Origin: Candidatus Babeliales bacterium
GTDB taxonomy: Bacteria > Babelota > Babeliae > Babelales > JANWKD01
Direction: 5' to 3'
Length of the DNA: 64,000 bases
Assembly (NCBI GenBank): GCA_963722255.1
Contig: CAVRJO010000001.1
Coordinates: 841,775-905,774 of the forward strand
The notes below the pieces were generated by a model. The model was not told the origin of the DNA. It was given only the letters and a program-made list of their open reading frames with translations, and did not search any database. The position numbers were made by a program, and so were the translations under genes. This document shows, one piece after another, positions 10,202 to 19,700 of this stretch; positions within the stretch are counted from its first letter, which is position 1, and the number at the start of each line of letters is the position of its first letter.

Positions 10202-10519
10202 ATGAAGAAGATAGTTATAGTAATTTTAAGTGCATTACTAGTTGTTTCAACGCAAGTTGATGCGGGGACAATTATTAATAATACAAATTATAATGTAAGC
10301 ATTTATGGATATGGTACTATGGTGCTTGCACCTCGAACTACATGGCAAATTCCGCCCACTGCTAAAAAATTATCCGGTATAGAGTTGATGACGAATACTA
10401 ATTTTGAAGGAGATGTGGATCCACGATTTAATTATGAACTTATACTAGATCCTACTAAAAAACAATATGTTATCAAAAAGCTTATGCAGTCTATACAAGG
10501 TTCTGTGGTAAAAAAATAG
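10202..10519 (+). CDS. Secreted beta-rich protein
   Basis: GGGAG RBS; signal peptide; IINNTNY motif. Confidence 0.7.
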   Translation: MKKIVIVILSALLVVSTQVDAGTIINNTNYNVSIYGYGTMVLAPRTTWQIPPTAKKLSGIELMTNTNFEGDVDPRFNYELILDPTKKQYVIKKLMQSIQGSVVKK

Positions 10520-10549
10520 TAAATTTGTGGTTGGATAAGGAATAATTGA

Positions 10550-10951
10550 ATGTGTAGGATTACAAAAAACATTGTTTATGTATTAGTAGTAGCGATTATG
10601 ATTTGGCATACTGGGTCAATGCTTGCTAAGGGTTATATGGCATTAAAGCTTGATGTTGGCTATGAAGCAGAACATCAACGGCCTACAAATGCCATGGGAA
10701 CTAGAGTTGGTGAATCTGATACCAGAAATTTTATCCAAAATTATGGCTTAACGACTAATCCGAATCCAACATACAACAGTATTGAAGGAGCTCAATCATA
10801 TAAAGAGATGTCCGGCGATTATTATGGAGCTGATGAATTTGAAGAAATTTCCGGTTTTACAGAAAGTGAAAGTTCACATCCTTTTGCTCGAGATATTGAA
10901 GAACAAACGCGTGTTTCAGTTGATCACCCCTATGAACATCAATTTGATTAA
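10550..10951 (+). CDS. Secreted hypothetical protein
   Basis: Signal peptide; acidic, polar mature part. Confidence 0.6.
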   Translation: MCRITKNIVYVLVVAIMIWHTGSMLAKGYMALKLDVGYEAEHQRPTNAMGTRVGESDTRNFIQNYGLTTNPNPTYNSIEGAQSYKEMSGDYYGADEFEEISGFTESESSHPFARDIEEQTRVSVDHPYEHQFD

Positions 10952-11044
10952 AATAACTATTTATTGCAAAAAAGATTTTTGATTATTTACACTTAACTTT
11001 ATATAAGCATATTTTTTACTCGTGTAAAGTAGGTAAGGTTTTTA

Positions 11045-12298
11045 GTGAAAATTACCAATGTAAAAGCACGTGAAATTTTTGATTCTCGAGGTATGCCAAC
11101 TCTTGAGTGCCAAATTTTTCTTGACCATGATCATTACGTTTTAGCATCAGTCCCTTCAGGAATGTCAAGGGGTATTCATGAAGCAGTGGAACTACGCGAT
11201 GGAGGATCACGATTATTTGGTAAAGGTGTTTTAAAAGCAAGTCAGATTATAGAAACGGTTTTTGCGCCGCAACTTATTGGCACATCTCCAGATCTTTTAG
11301 TTATCGATACTTTTATGATTGAGGCGGATGGAACGGTAAATAAAGCAAAGTATGGTGCAAATAGCATGCTTGCTGTAAGTATGGCTGTTGCAAAGGCACA
11401 AGCATTGAGTGAGCATATGGAGCTTTATGAATGTATAGCGCATCTTTATGGTGCACAAACGGTAATGCTCCCGTATCCGCTCTTTAATGTAATCAATGGT
11501 GGCATTCACGCAGATAATAATCTCTTTTTTCAAGAATTTATGATTTTGCCTATTGGTGGATCAAATTTTCGAGAGTCGCTTGAATTGGGGGCGCTATTTT
11601 TTTATGAACTAAAAGTCTTATTAAAAAAAACAAACAAACCAATTGTATATGGCGATGAAGGTGGAATTGCATCTTCATTTGAATCAGAATATGAAGCACT
11701 CGATATGATAACCGAGGTAATAGCGCGAATTGGCGATGGCAATCTATTTCGTATAGCTCTTGATGTTGCAGCATCCGAATTTTATAATGTTACAACGCAC
11801 TGTTATGATTTACATGATGAATTCTTAACATCAGAAGAACTAGTCGCTTTGTATGCTAAACTTATTCAAACATATCCAATTTTCTCAATTGAAGATGGAT
11901 TAGCGCAAGATGATTGGCAAGGATGGATGCATATGAAGAGCGTTTTGGGTGACACTATTCAGCTTGTTGGTGATGATCTTTTTGCGACTTCTGCTCAAAG
12001 AATTAAACATGGCGTTATGGTTGATGCCGCTAATGCTGTCATTATTAAACCCAATCAGGTGGGAACGATTACTGAAACATTGCAAACTATTCAATTTTGT
12101 TTCGAACAGGGTTTAAATACTATCATCTCACATCGATCCGGAGAAACAGAAGATACTTTTATTGCTGATTTAGCCGTAGGAACAAGTGCAGGTCAAATAA
12201 AAGCCGGTGGTCTTTCTCGTTCAGAGCGGCTTGCAAAATATAATCGTTTATTACGCATTGAAGATACGTTGTTATCAAGTATGTTGCTCGATGTTTAA
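11045..12298 (+). CDS. eno: Enolase
   Basis: REIFDSRG, EAVELRDG, NGGIH, QEFM, GDEGG, DVAASEF, SIEDG, GDDLF, KPNQ, SHRSGET, QIKAG. Confidence 0.96.
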   Translation: MKITNVKAREIFDSRGMPTLECQIFLDHDHYVLASVPSGMSRGIHEAVELRDGGSRLFGKGVLKASQIIETVFAPQLIGTSPDLLVIDTFMIEADGTVNKAKYGANSMLAVSMAVAKAQALSEHMELYECIAHLYGAQTVMLPYPLFNVINGGIHADNNLFFQEFMILPIGGSNFRESLELGALFFYELKVLLKKTNKPIVYGDEGGIASSFESEYEALDMITEVIARIGDGNLFRIALDVAASEFYNVTTHCYDLHDEFLTSEELVALYAKLIQTYPIFSIEDGLAQDDWQGWMHMKSVLGDTIQLVGDDLFATSAQRIKHGVMVDAANAVIIKPNQVGTITETLQTIQFCFEQGLNTIISHRSGETEDTFIADLAVGTSAGQIKAGGLSRSERLAKYNRLLRIEDTLLSSMLLDV

Positions 12299-14671
12299 GG
12301 GAGCTTCATGCTCTGATAAAGGATTTTCTTGTCCTCGTATCAAATCTTCAAGTTGCCGTATTTTATCACGTTCTTCGCTATGAATCTTGCCAGGGATTGG
12401 AACTTCAGGTCTTTCTGCAATATAGTCATCAATAACATCATGCGCAAAGTTAGGGTCAGGCTTGAAGAACCAACGTGTAATTGGATCACGTAAATCTTCA
12501 AAATTTGAAGACTCTTGAAGATTATTTTCAGCATAGCACAATTTGCTTTCTGTATAAGGATCATAACCACCACCCAGTCGAGGTTTAATGATTTTGGGAC
12601 AAATAAAAATCATTAAGTTTGTTTTTATTTTCACCTTGTTGCGACGCTTGAAGAACCAACCAAATAAAGGAATCTGACTCAAAAATGGTGTATCGTTTTC
12701 AATAGTTTGATCACTAATTTTAACCAGTCCTCCTAAAGCAAGCACCTCACCATCACCTACATTGGCATTAGTTTGCACCAATCGTGTTGCGCGATTGTTT
12801 GCGCTACTTAAAAATTCGTTGACGGTAATGTTGATTTGAAGATTAATATTTTTTGCACCTTCGCTGATGGTAGGTAAAATATCAATCGCAGTTGCAGCAG
12901 TAACATATTCATTTTTTACGGTAATGGATCCGCCATCACTATTTGCTCCACCAGGTAAAAAACGCTGTTGAGCAAGAGAAATTGTTGCTTGCTTGTTGTC
13001 CATAGTTGTAATAAACGGTTGTGTTAATATGGTAGTATTTGCGTACTTATCTAAAATTTGTAAAATATTCCAAATTCCGCTTCCATTTGGGTCATTAAAA
13101 GAAATTATTAGTGAACCAGGTGTTGATTGATTTGCAAAGTTGGCCGTACCATCTAGCTGCAAAAGATTTGCCATCAATGCATTTGCAGGAAATTGATTAA
13201 CAGTTTGACCAAGTTCATTGGTAATTCCAGCGGCTGTAATAATTGGGGTTGTAAGATTTGCCGTTTGAAAATTAATGTTATCTGAGACGCTTGTGTTAAA
13301 ACCACTTTTGTTACGCATTTGCGTTCCAACGATTTGGTTTTTTTGTGACGTAAGATCAACAACTAAAACTTCTATTGCTACCTGTGGTTGAGGCGTATCA
13401 AGTTCTTTTATTAATTTTTTTATACGTATCCAATCTTCTTTACGTGCAGCAACGAGCAAACGGTTGCCTCCTTGTTGTACGCCTTCTGATTGTGCTGCCT
13501 CCGGTTGTCCCTCTACAGCCGTAGGAGCAATTGTTGCAGCAATGCTTGTTTTTTCAGCTTCAACAATAACATCTTGAAAATATCTACGAGGGCCGGCAGA
13601 GACTTGCCCTTGTGATTGAGCTGTGGTGTCTTGTTTGTTAACTAATTGTTGCAATATGGGAGCAAACTCTTCTGCATTTAAATATTGTAGATCATATAAA
13701 TGTAGTATTGATTTTCCTGAATCAAGAGGATGATCGATATATTTTACAATGAATTCTTTAACAATATGAATAGACCGTGTTGTTCCCATAATTACAATGG
13801 TGTTTGTGCGATCTAGCGCAAGAACCTTGGTGTTCGGTGGAAAATAGGTGCTTGATTTTATGGGTGCTTCGCGTGCAACACCCGGAGTAACAGGTACTTG
13901 TGCTGTTGCAAGAAGCTTTTTGAATAGCTCTTCGATAAAAGTTGCTTGCACATGAAATAGAGGAATTACTTGAATATCGTCAGGAATCCCTTCAAGATCA
14001 AGTTGTCGAATTATCGTCATTGCAGCACGTATGATATTTGATTTATCAATAAGGATCAATGCATTTGTTTTAGCATCAGTTTTAATGACCGCAGTAGGTG
14101 AAAGCATTCCTGTTGGTGCTTTTAAAATTTGATCTAAAGGACTATTAGGATCGGTAACTTTTAAATTAGAAAGATAAAATACTGCTTGAATGACTTGTCC
14201 AGTTTCCGGCAAATCTTCTAAAGGAGGATTTATATAGAGTGGAAGTGGTTCACGTTGAATGTTTTGATCGATTTTTAAAAGAGTCAATTGATCATTTTTA
14301 AGTTCCCAACTATAACCAATAAAATCAAGAATTCTACCTAGTTCTTGCCATGCTTGATCGAGTGTAACTTTGTAGGGAAGTGAAAATTTAACTTTTGCTG
14401 AAAGCGCTTGGGACCCCTGAGGTAAAAGCACATTGACTTTCTTTTCTGCTGCGAGTTCATTAATGATGTCTATGAGAGCAACATCTTGATAGTTAAATGA
14501 ATATTTCTTTTCAAAACTTTTTGATTCAGGTTGCTCTTGAGTAACTGATTCTAAGGTAGGTTTTATATTGAGTTTTTCCTCAAGTAGTTGTTTTATTGAT
14601 TCTTCAGGTTGCGCATCAACCTTGACAAAGGTATTCAATAAAAGGAGCATTAAAACTATTTTTAAAACCAT
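12275..14671 (-). CDS. gspD: Type II secretion secretin, second copy
   Basis: N0/N3 repeats (YDLQYLNAEE), LDTPQPQVAIEVLVV, PFLSQIPLFGWFFK, NLMIFICPKII. Confidence 0.88.
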   Translation of the reverse strand: MVLKIVLMLLLLNTFVKVDAQPEESIKQLLEEKLNIKPTLESVTQEQPESKSFEKKYSFNYQDVALIDIINELAAEKKVNVLLPQGSQALSAKVKFSLPYKVTLDQAWQELGRILDFIGYSWELKNDQLTLLKIDQNIQREPLPLYINPPLEDLPETGQVIQAVFYLSNLKVTDPNSPLDQILKAPTGMLSPTAVIKTDAKTNALILIDKSNIIRAAMTIIRQLDLEGIPDDIQVIPLFHVQATFIEELFKKLLATAQVPVTPGVAREAPIKSSTYFPPNTKVLALDRTNTIVIMGTTRSIHIVKEFIVKYIDHPLDSGKSILHLYDLQYLNAEEFAPILQQLVNKQDTTAQSQGQVSAGPRRYFQDVIVEAEKTSIAATIAPTAVEGQPEAAQSEGVQQGGNRLLVAARKEDWIRIKKLIKELDTPQPQVAIEVLVVDLTSQKNQIVGTQMRNKSGFNTSVSDNINFQTANLTTPIITAAGITNELGQTVNQFPANALMANLLQLDGTANFANQSTPGSLIISFNDPNGSGIWNILQILDKYANTTILTQPFITTMDNKQATISLAQQRFLPGGANSDGGSITVKNEYVTAATAIDILPTISEGAKNINLQINITVNEFLSSANNRATRLVQTNANVGDGEVLALGGLVKISDQTIENDTPFLSQIPLFGWFFKRRNKVKIKTNLMIFICPKIIKPRLGGGYDPYTESKLCYAENNLQESSNFEDLRDPITRWFFKPDPNFAHDVIDDYIAERPEVPIPGKIHSEERDKIRQLEDLIRGQENPLSEHEAPLNIEQHT

Positions 14672-14680
14672 GGTTATTTT

Positions 14681-15247
14681 TTACTCCGATTTCTGTAATT
14701 CTTGCTTTGGTTCTAGCGTAGCAATCGTAATTTTTACGTTAATAGCTTGAGGTTTTTTTGCTTTTTCTATTTCAAGTTCTTTTGTATAAATTCTTTCTTC
14801 TTGTTCAATAGCATAGAGCAATTCACTTAATTTTTTTGTATTCAAGTTAGCAAGATTCGCGTAAAGTGTCCATTCGGTATATCCATCAAGCACGTCTTTA
14901 GGTAATGTTTCCGGTTCTTGAGCCTTGTTTGAAGCGATGCCCAACCTTTCAAGAAGATTTTCAAAATATTGTGCAATTTTAAAACTTTTATCTTTTGCTA
15001 AAATTGTATTTACTTCTACTTGTTGCTTTTTGACACGTTCATAGCGTTCAAGCATATTTTGAACATCTTTTCTTTTTTTATTTATAGCACTAATTTTTGA
15101 TTTAAGCTGTCCTGCAGAGCGATAGTAGGTAACAATAAGAAGCCCTAAAAGTAGTATAATGCAACTTAAAGCGATCAGAGCATATTTTTTAAAATCTTTT
15201 GCATCAAGAGTATCAAGATAATTTTTAATGCTGAGGATGAAGTTCAT
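14681..15247 (-). CDS. GspM/PilO-like inner-membrane platform protein
   Basis: Single N-terminal TM, coiled coil, ferredoxin-like C-terminus; follows the GspL-like gene. Confidence 0.65.
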   Translation of the reverse strand: MNFILSIKNYLDTLDAKDFKKYALIALSCIILLLGLLIVTYYRSAGQLKSKISAINKKRKDVQNMLERYERVKKQQVEVNTILAKDKSFKIAQYFENLLERLGIASNKAQEPETLPKDVLDGYTEWTLYANLANLNTKKLSELLYAIEQEERIYTKELEIEKAKKPQAINVKITIATLEPKQELQKSE

Positions 15248-16878
15248 TGTTCATCTCCATTTTTTTTCAATGGTAACGTAATGATAAATTTTGGAGCTTG
15301 CAGACTTGCAATAGAACTAAACAAATTTGATCGTTTAAGTTCTTTTTCTAATATTTTTAAAGCATCAAAATCTCGAACTTCACCATCGAGTATAATATTT
15401 CTTGGTTCCTCAGTGATGCTTAATTTTTTTAGATTAAGCCCGGTGGCTTCGCGATCAATTGCTGCAGTAAGATCTTGCAAGTATTTCAAAAATGAAAAAC
15501 GCGTTTGGCTTGAGAATGCAAACCAAATTGTTTCTTCTTGTTTCACTTTTTCTTCAGATTTTTTTAATGCTTCAGTCAAGGATTTTGCGGTCGTTAATCC
15601 ACGGTGTTTAAGCGTGGAAACAATTGCGATTTCATAATTTTTTAAGGCTTTTTTGAGCGTTCCCAGTTGCCAATAGGTATAAAAGAGAATACCTGCAAAG
15701 GTGAGCACAATAAGCGAAAGCGCAGTAAAAAGTTGTCGATAAAAAAGCCCTGAATCAACAATTGAAAATTCATGTCTTCTTAAATTAAAATTTTCAACAG
15801 TTGGGGTAATAAGCGCTGTACTTAAACTTAAGATGGAAGACTGAGGGATTCTGTTTCCACTTTTTAAGGTTATGAAGTCAGTTTTTAATAGTTCATTGCT
15901 ATCAAAAAGGTTACAGGTGATTCCTAATTGTTGTGTAAAAAATTGTGGTAGGTTAGCAATATCAGAACCTTGGCCTAAAAGAAGAATCTCTTTTATCTTA
16001 TTTTCAGTTTTAGTTTGCGCCGTAAAAGAATCAAGAGTGAATTTAATTTCATTTAAGAACGATGATAATGCTTCTTTGATTGCATCATTAAAGGGTTGAT
16101 CATTATTGTGATTAAAGCCAAACCTAATAATTTTTTCTAAGGCATCATTTGAATTTATACTATTTTTTTGCGCTACTTGTTTAGCCCATTGCAACAATCC
16201 TTTTGCAAGTGTTCGTACAAGAGTTAATTTTCCATCTACAATGAAGGCGATGCGTGTTACATTAAAACCAATATCAATGAGCGCATAGTTTCCTGTCGCG
16301 TCTTTATATTTTGGAATGCATTTATAAAGTCCATAAAGATCAAAGAGATCGACCGTAATGGTTGTAGGACTTACACCTGCTTGTTCAAAATAGCTTATAT
16401 GTTCTGCAATATGTTCTTTTTTAACTGCTGCAGCTAATATAACCGATGATTGTTGTGCAGGATTGCTTTGAGTGATAATAAAATCGATAATGGTTTGGTT
16501 AATGGGAAAAGGTAAAAAGGGTTCAATTTCGTAATTGATAACCATGCTAATTTTTTCAGGATCTGAAAAAGGAAGTGTTAATTCTTTGAATATAGCAATT
16601 GAGCTTGAGATGGATGTTCGTAATGCATCATAGCGATCAACTTTGGTTAAAATAGTAGCAATGGTTTTAGAAACGCGTTCAGCATAAGGAGCGGTTGCTT
16701 CTAATTCTAAAGGCTGATCGATGAACTTTTCGAGCGTAACTTTTTTCCCATGTAATAAGAGTTGTGTAACATGAATAGTTGTTTTACCTATATCAAAGCC
16801 TAAAATTCGCTGTTTAACCAGATAATATGAACCTACTTTTTTGGGGATTAAAACATCAGTAATTAAGCGACCAATCAT
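15244..16878 (-). CDS. GspL / PilM-PilN-like fusion protein
   Basis: ILGFDIG and ALIDIG actin-like motifs, LLLGQGS, FNLR, a TM segment, then a periplasmic domain with ILDGE. Confidence 0.75.
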   Translation of the reverse strand: MIGRLITDVLIPKKVGSYYLVKQRILGFDIGKTTIHVTQLLLHGKKVTLEKFIDQPLELEATAPYAERVSKTIATILTKVDRYDALRTSISSSIAIFKELTLPFSDPEKISMVINYEIEPFLPFPINQTIIDFIITQSNPAQQSSVILAAAVKKEHIAEHISYFEQAGVSPTTITVDLFDLYGLYKCIPKYKDATGNYALIDIGFNVTRIAFIVDGKLTLVRTLAKGLLQWAKQVAQKNSINSNDALEKIIRFGFNHNNDQPFNDAIKEALSSFLNEIKFTLDSFTAQTKTENKIKEILLLGQGSDIANLPQFFTQQLGITCNLFDSNELLKTDFITLKSGNRIPQSSILSLSTALITPTVENFNLRRHEFSIVDSGLFYRQLFTALSLIVLTFAGILFYTYWQLGTLKKALKNYEIAIVSTLKHRGLTTAKSLTEALKKSEEKVKQEETIWFAFSSQTRFSFLKYLQDLTAAIDREATGLNLKKLSITEEPRNIILDGEVRDFDALKILEKELKRSNLFSSIASLQAPKFIITLPLKKNGDEQ

Positions 16879-19700
16879 CCGACAACCTCCTTAGTTTCCG
16901 GTAAAAAATCTGTGATCGACTGTTTCCTTTTGAGCGTTTTCTGATTTTTAAGCTTTGCTTGTGCGATTGAAGCTATTTTTGTTTCATCAGGAGAACCATT
17001 TTGTTTATTAGTAGTACAAAGAGGTATACATTCTGTAGTAGCTCGCTTTCTAATTGGTGCATATTCACTTTCAGGACATTGGCTGATTGGTTGGCATGGA
17101 CGAGGATTTTCAGGTTCACAAAGTTGTGTTACATGATCATCCGGCCCTGGAGGACAACAGCGACATCCTCCAATACAATCGGCGTAATTATTTGGACACA
17201 CAAGAGGAGGACATATTGCTGCCATCTGCGCAGCGATAGAATCTTCTTCATATTCCTGGCCCGTACGGCAGTTGTATGCAAGTGGCATTGAGCAAGCGCT
17301 TACATTATTGATATAGTTTTCAACGATTTCTGTATTTTCGCATGGCGTATCTTTGAAGAACCAACGATGAATAGGATCTCGCTGTTCAGAACAATCCTTC
17401 ATAGAGCACATAACGTCTTCAGCTTCCGAAGCTTTCTTTTCAGTGTATGCGCTCATCCCACCTTGAGGACGTGGTTGAACTATTTGTGGAGAAATAAAAA
17501 TAATTAAATTGTCTTTTAATTTATTTTTATACTTATTTTTAAAGAACCAACCGAATAATGGTATGCGTTGCAAAAGTGGCACACCATTCTGAAGCTCGTT
17601 AATATTGTCTTGTATAAGTCCACCAATTGCTAAAATCTCATTGTTGGCCATATTTGCATTAGTTTTAACCGTTTTTGTATCTTTAGTAGGGTTTATTGCA
17701 TCGGCATTAGTGAAGGTATCAAGACTTATTTCAATAGCAAGATTAATAATGCCGCTGCTGTTTATTTGCGGTGTGATAGCAACCGAAAGATTAGCCGATA
17801 CGTCGCCAAGAGTATTCTGAACAGGTCCTGCACCGGTTACTGTTCCCGTAGCAACACGACGGGTTTCACCAACAGAAACTTGCGCTGTGTATTTATTGGT
17901 GGTTGTTAAAAATGGATGCGATACAACGCTGGTATACGCATAGGTTTCAAGCGCTTGAAAGAGCGCCCAAACGCCACCAACTAAGCTGCTGCCTATTGAA
18001 ATTAATGTTGTCCCGGGGTTAAATCCTGTTGCTAAACTAACCAGATTGCCCATGAGGCCCCCCGCAGGATCAGTAACGATCGAAGTCTGAAGTCCAGGAA
18101 CGCCTAAGCCAGAGGTTTGAAATGCAATATTATCAGTAATTCCAAGTGTGTCTAAACGCTTATTGCGAATTTGTGTTCCAAGAGATTTAATTTTGTTAAC
18201 AGCAACATTAACAATGAGTACTTCAATCGCAACCTGCGGTTGTTTTACGTCCAATTTTTTTATGATTTCTTCTACTTTTAAGTAATCATCTTTTTCTGCT
18301 TTGATTAACAGTTTATTTCCCGAAGGTTCAGCGATAAAGGTCATTGGGCGCAAAAATTTATCTCCATCAAGAACTCCACCATATTTAGCTGCAACACTGC
18401 CTGGTGCAAAATTTGTAACTTTGCTTAAAATTGCAGCCATATTTTCAGCATTCGCATATTGCAATTTATAAACATAAAGAGGCGAATAAGGCTGCTTGAG
18501 GGAAGTGTCAACATATTCAAGAATGAAATTTTCAACTTTTTCTATACCTTCTCTAGTTCCCAAAATGATTAAGGCATTTCCACGAGGCTCAGCAAATAAT
18601 CGAGTATCTTCAGGAAAATAGATGGATGTTGATTGCTTTTTTTGACCAAAGAGCCTTGTTGCTATGGTAGATTTTTCTTCGGTAGATACGAGATTATCAT
18701 AGAGTGCTACGACATCTTGGGCGTTTGCATGTTTTAGTTTTAAAACAGACATACCTTCTGGCATGCTAACGCTATCAAGTTCTGAAATGATTGACATGAG
18801 GGAACGAATATTGGCTGCTTTATCGGTAAAAATTATCGCATTTAAGGCATTGAAAGTTTGAACAATTGCTGTTTTGCTTTTAAGATCTTGAACGAGATTG
18901 GCAAGGTTTGCAGCAGGACCATTTTCAACAAAATAGACGTAGCGAATTTTAGTATCATTGTTTGGCAATAATTTCCAATTTATTCCAACAAATGCAGGCA
19001 AAGCTGCTTGATTTGCAATATCTAAGGGAACTACATTGTATGAGTCGGGAAAATTATTGGTAAAATGAGTAGGTACGAGCGTTAATCCAAAAAGATCAAG
19101 AAAGTTTAAGAAAAGATCCCAAACATTTCGTTTGCTCATGGGCTCATGTGTTCTATACGTTATTAGGTTTCCTGCGACTTTTCCTGCCACAGGTGGATTG
19201 ATTGCATCACCGGTAAGAAATTTAACTTTAAAAATAGATTCGACCCACCCAAGAAGATTGAGAAGCTCTGTTTTATCAAGATTAACCGATATAGTTTTTT
19301 CTGAAGGATTAAATGCTTCAAAAGGCATAAGAGATGAAGGGTTTCTTAACAAATGCTCTTCAGTATCTTCTCGCGATTTAAATGATGAAGCAAGATCTTG
19401 TTGTGAGATTGAAATGTTTTTGGGAATGTCCATTTCATTTGGGACTTTATCTATTTTTTTGGGTTGAGCAGTTTGTGGTAATGGATCTTCAAAGCCTTTA
19501 TTGTTTCGCTGTAATCGTTCTTGCTTTGAAACTCTTCTTTTTTTAACGCGACCATTATCTTTTGTGGAACCTGATGAAGATAACGTAGGTTCTGATGCCA
19601 TAGTGTTGTTCATCGTAGGCAAACAGAGAAAAATAAGCACCAAGAATGTATTGCCAAGAGCTTTATAATAATTTCTAACGTTCATGTATCTTTTCCACAT
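16875..19700 (-). CDS. gspD: Type II secretion secretin with a Cys-rich C-terminal extension
   Basis: LKHANAQD, LQYANAEN, LDVKQPQVAIEVLIV, VPLLQRIPLFGWFFK, NLIIFISPQIV. Confidence 0.9.
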   Translation of the reverse strand: MWKRYMNVRNYYKALGNTFLVLIFLCLPTMNNTMASEPTLSSSGSTKDNGRVKKRRVSKQERLQRNNKGFEDPLPQTAQPKKIDKVPNEMDIPKNISISQQDLASSFKSREDTEEHLLRNPSSLMPFEAFNPSEKTISVNLDKTELLNLLGWVESIFKVKFLTGDAINPPVAGKVAGNLITYRTHEPMSKRNVWDLFLNFLDLFGLTLVPTHFTNNFPDSYNVVPLDIANQAALPAFVGINWKLLPNNDTKIRYVYFVENGPAANLANLVQDLKSKTAIVQTFNALNAIIFTDKAANIRSLMSIISELDSVSMPEGMSVLKLKHANAQDVVALYDNLVSTEEKSTIATRLFGQKKQSTSIYFPEDTRLFAEPRGNALIILGTREGIEKVENFILEYVDTSLKQPYSPLYVYKLQYANAENMAAILSKVTNFAPGSVAAKYGGVLDGDKFLRPMTFIAEPSGNKLLIKAEKDDYLKVEEIIKKLDVKQPQVAIEVLIVNVAVNKIKSLGTQIRNKRLDTLGITDNIAFQTSGLGVPGLQTSIVTDPAGGLMGNLVSLATGFNPGTTLISIGSSLVGGVWALFQALETYAYTSVVSHPFLTTTNKYTAQVSVGETRRVATGTVTGAGPVQNTLGDVSANLSVAITPQINSSGIINLAIEISLDTFTNADAINPTKDTKTVKTNANMANNEILAIGGLIQDNINELQNGVPLLQRIPLFGWFFKNKYKNKLKDNLIIFISPQIVQPRPQGGMSAYTEKKASEAEDVMCSMKDCSEQRDPIHRWFFKDTPCENTEIVENYINNVSACSMPLAYNCRTGQEYEEDSIAAQMAAICPPLVCPNNYADCIGGCRCCPPGPDDHVTQLCEPENPRPCQPISQCPESEYAPIRKRATTECIPLCTTNKQNGSPDETKIASIAQAKLKNQKTLKRKQSITDFLPETKEVVG

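Noticed and set aside
11150..11180. Enolase SGMSRG in place of SGASTG as a sign of inactivation
   Set aside because: The Mg-binding Ser and all other catalytic residues are retained.
12275..12298. Convergent 24-bp overlap of eno and gspD2 as antisense regulation
   Set aside because: Short convergent overlaps are common in compact genomes; mlaF has one too.
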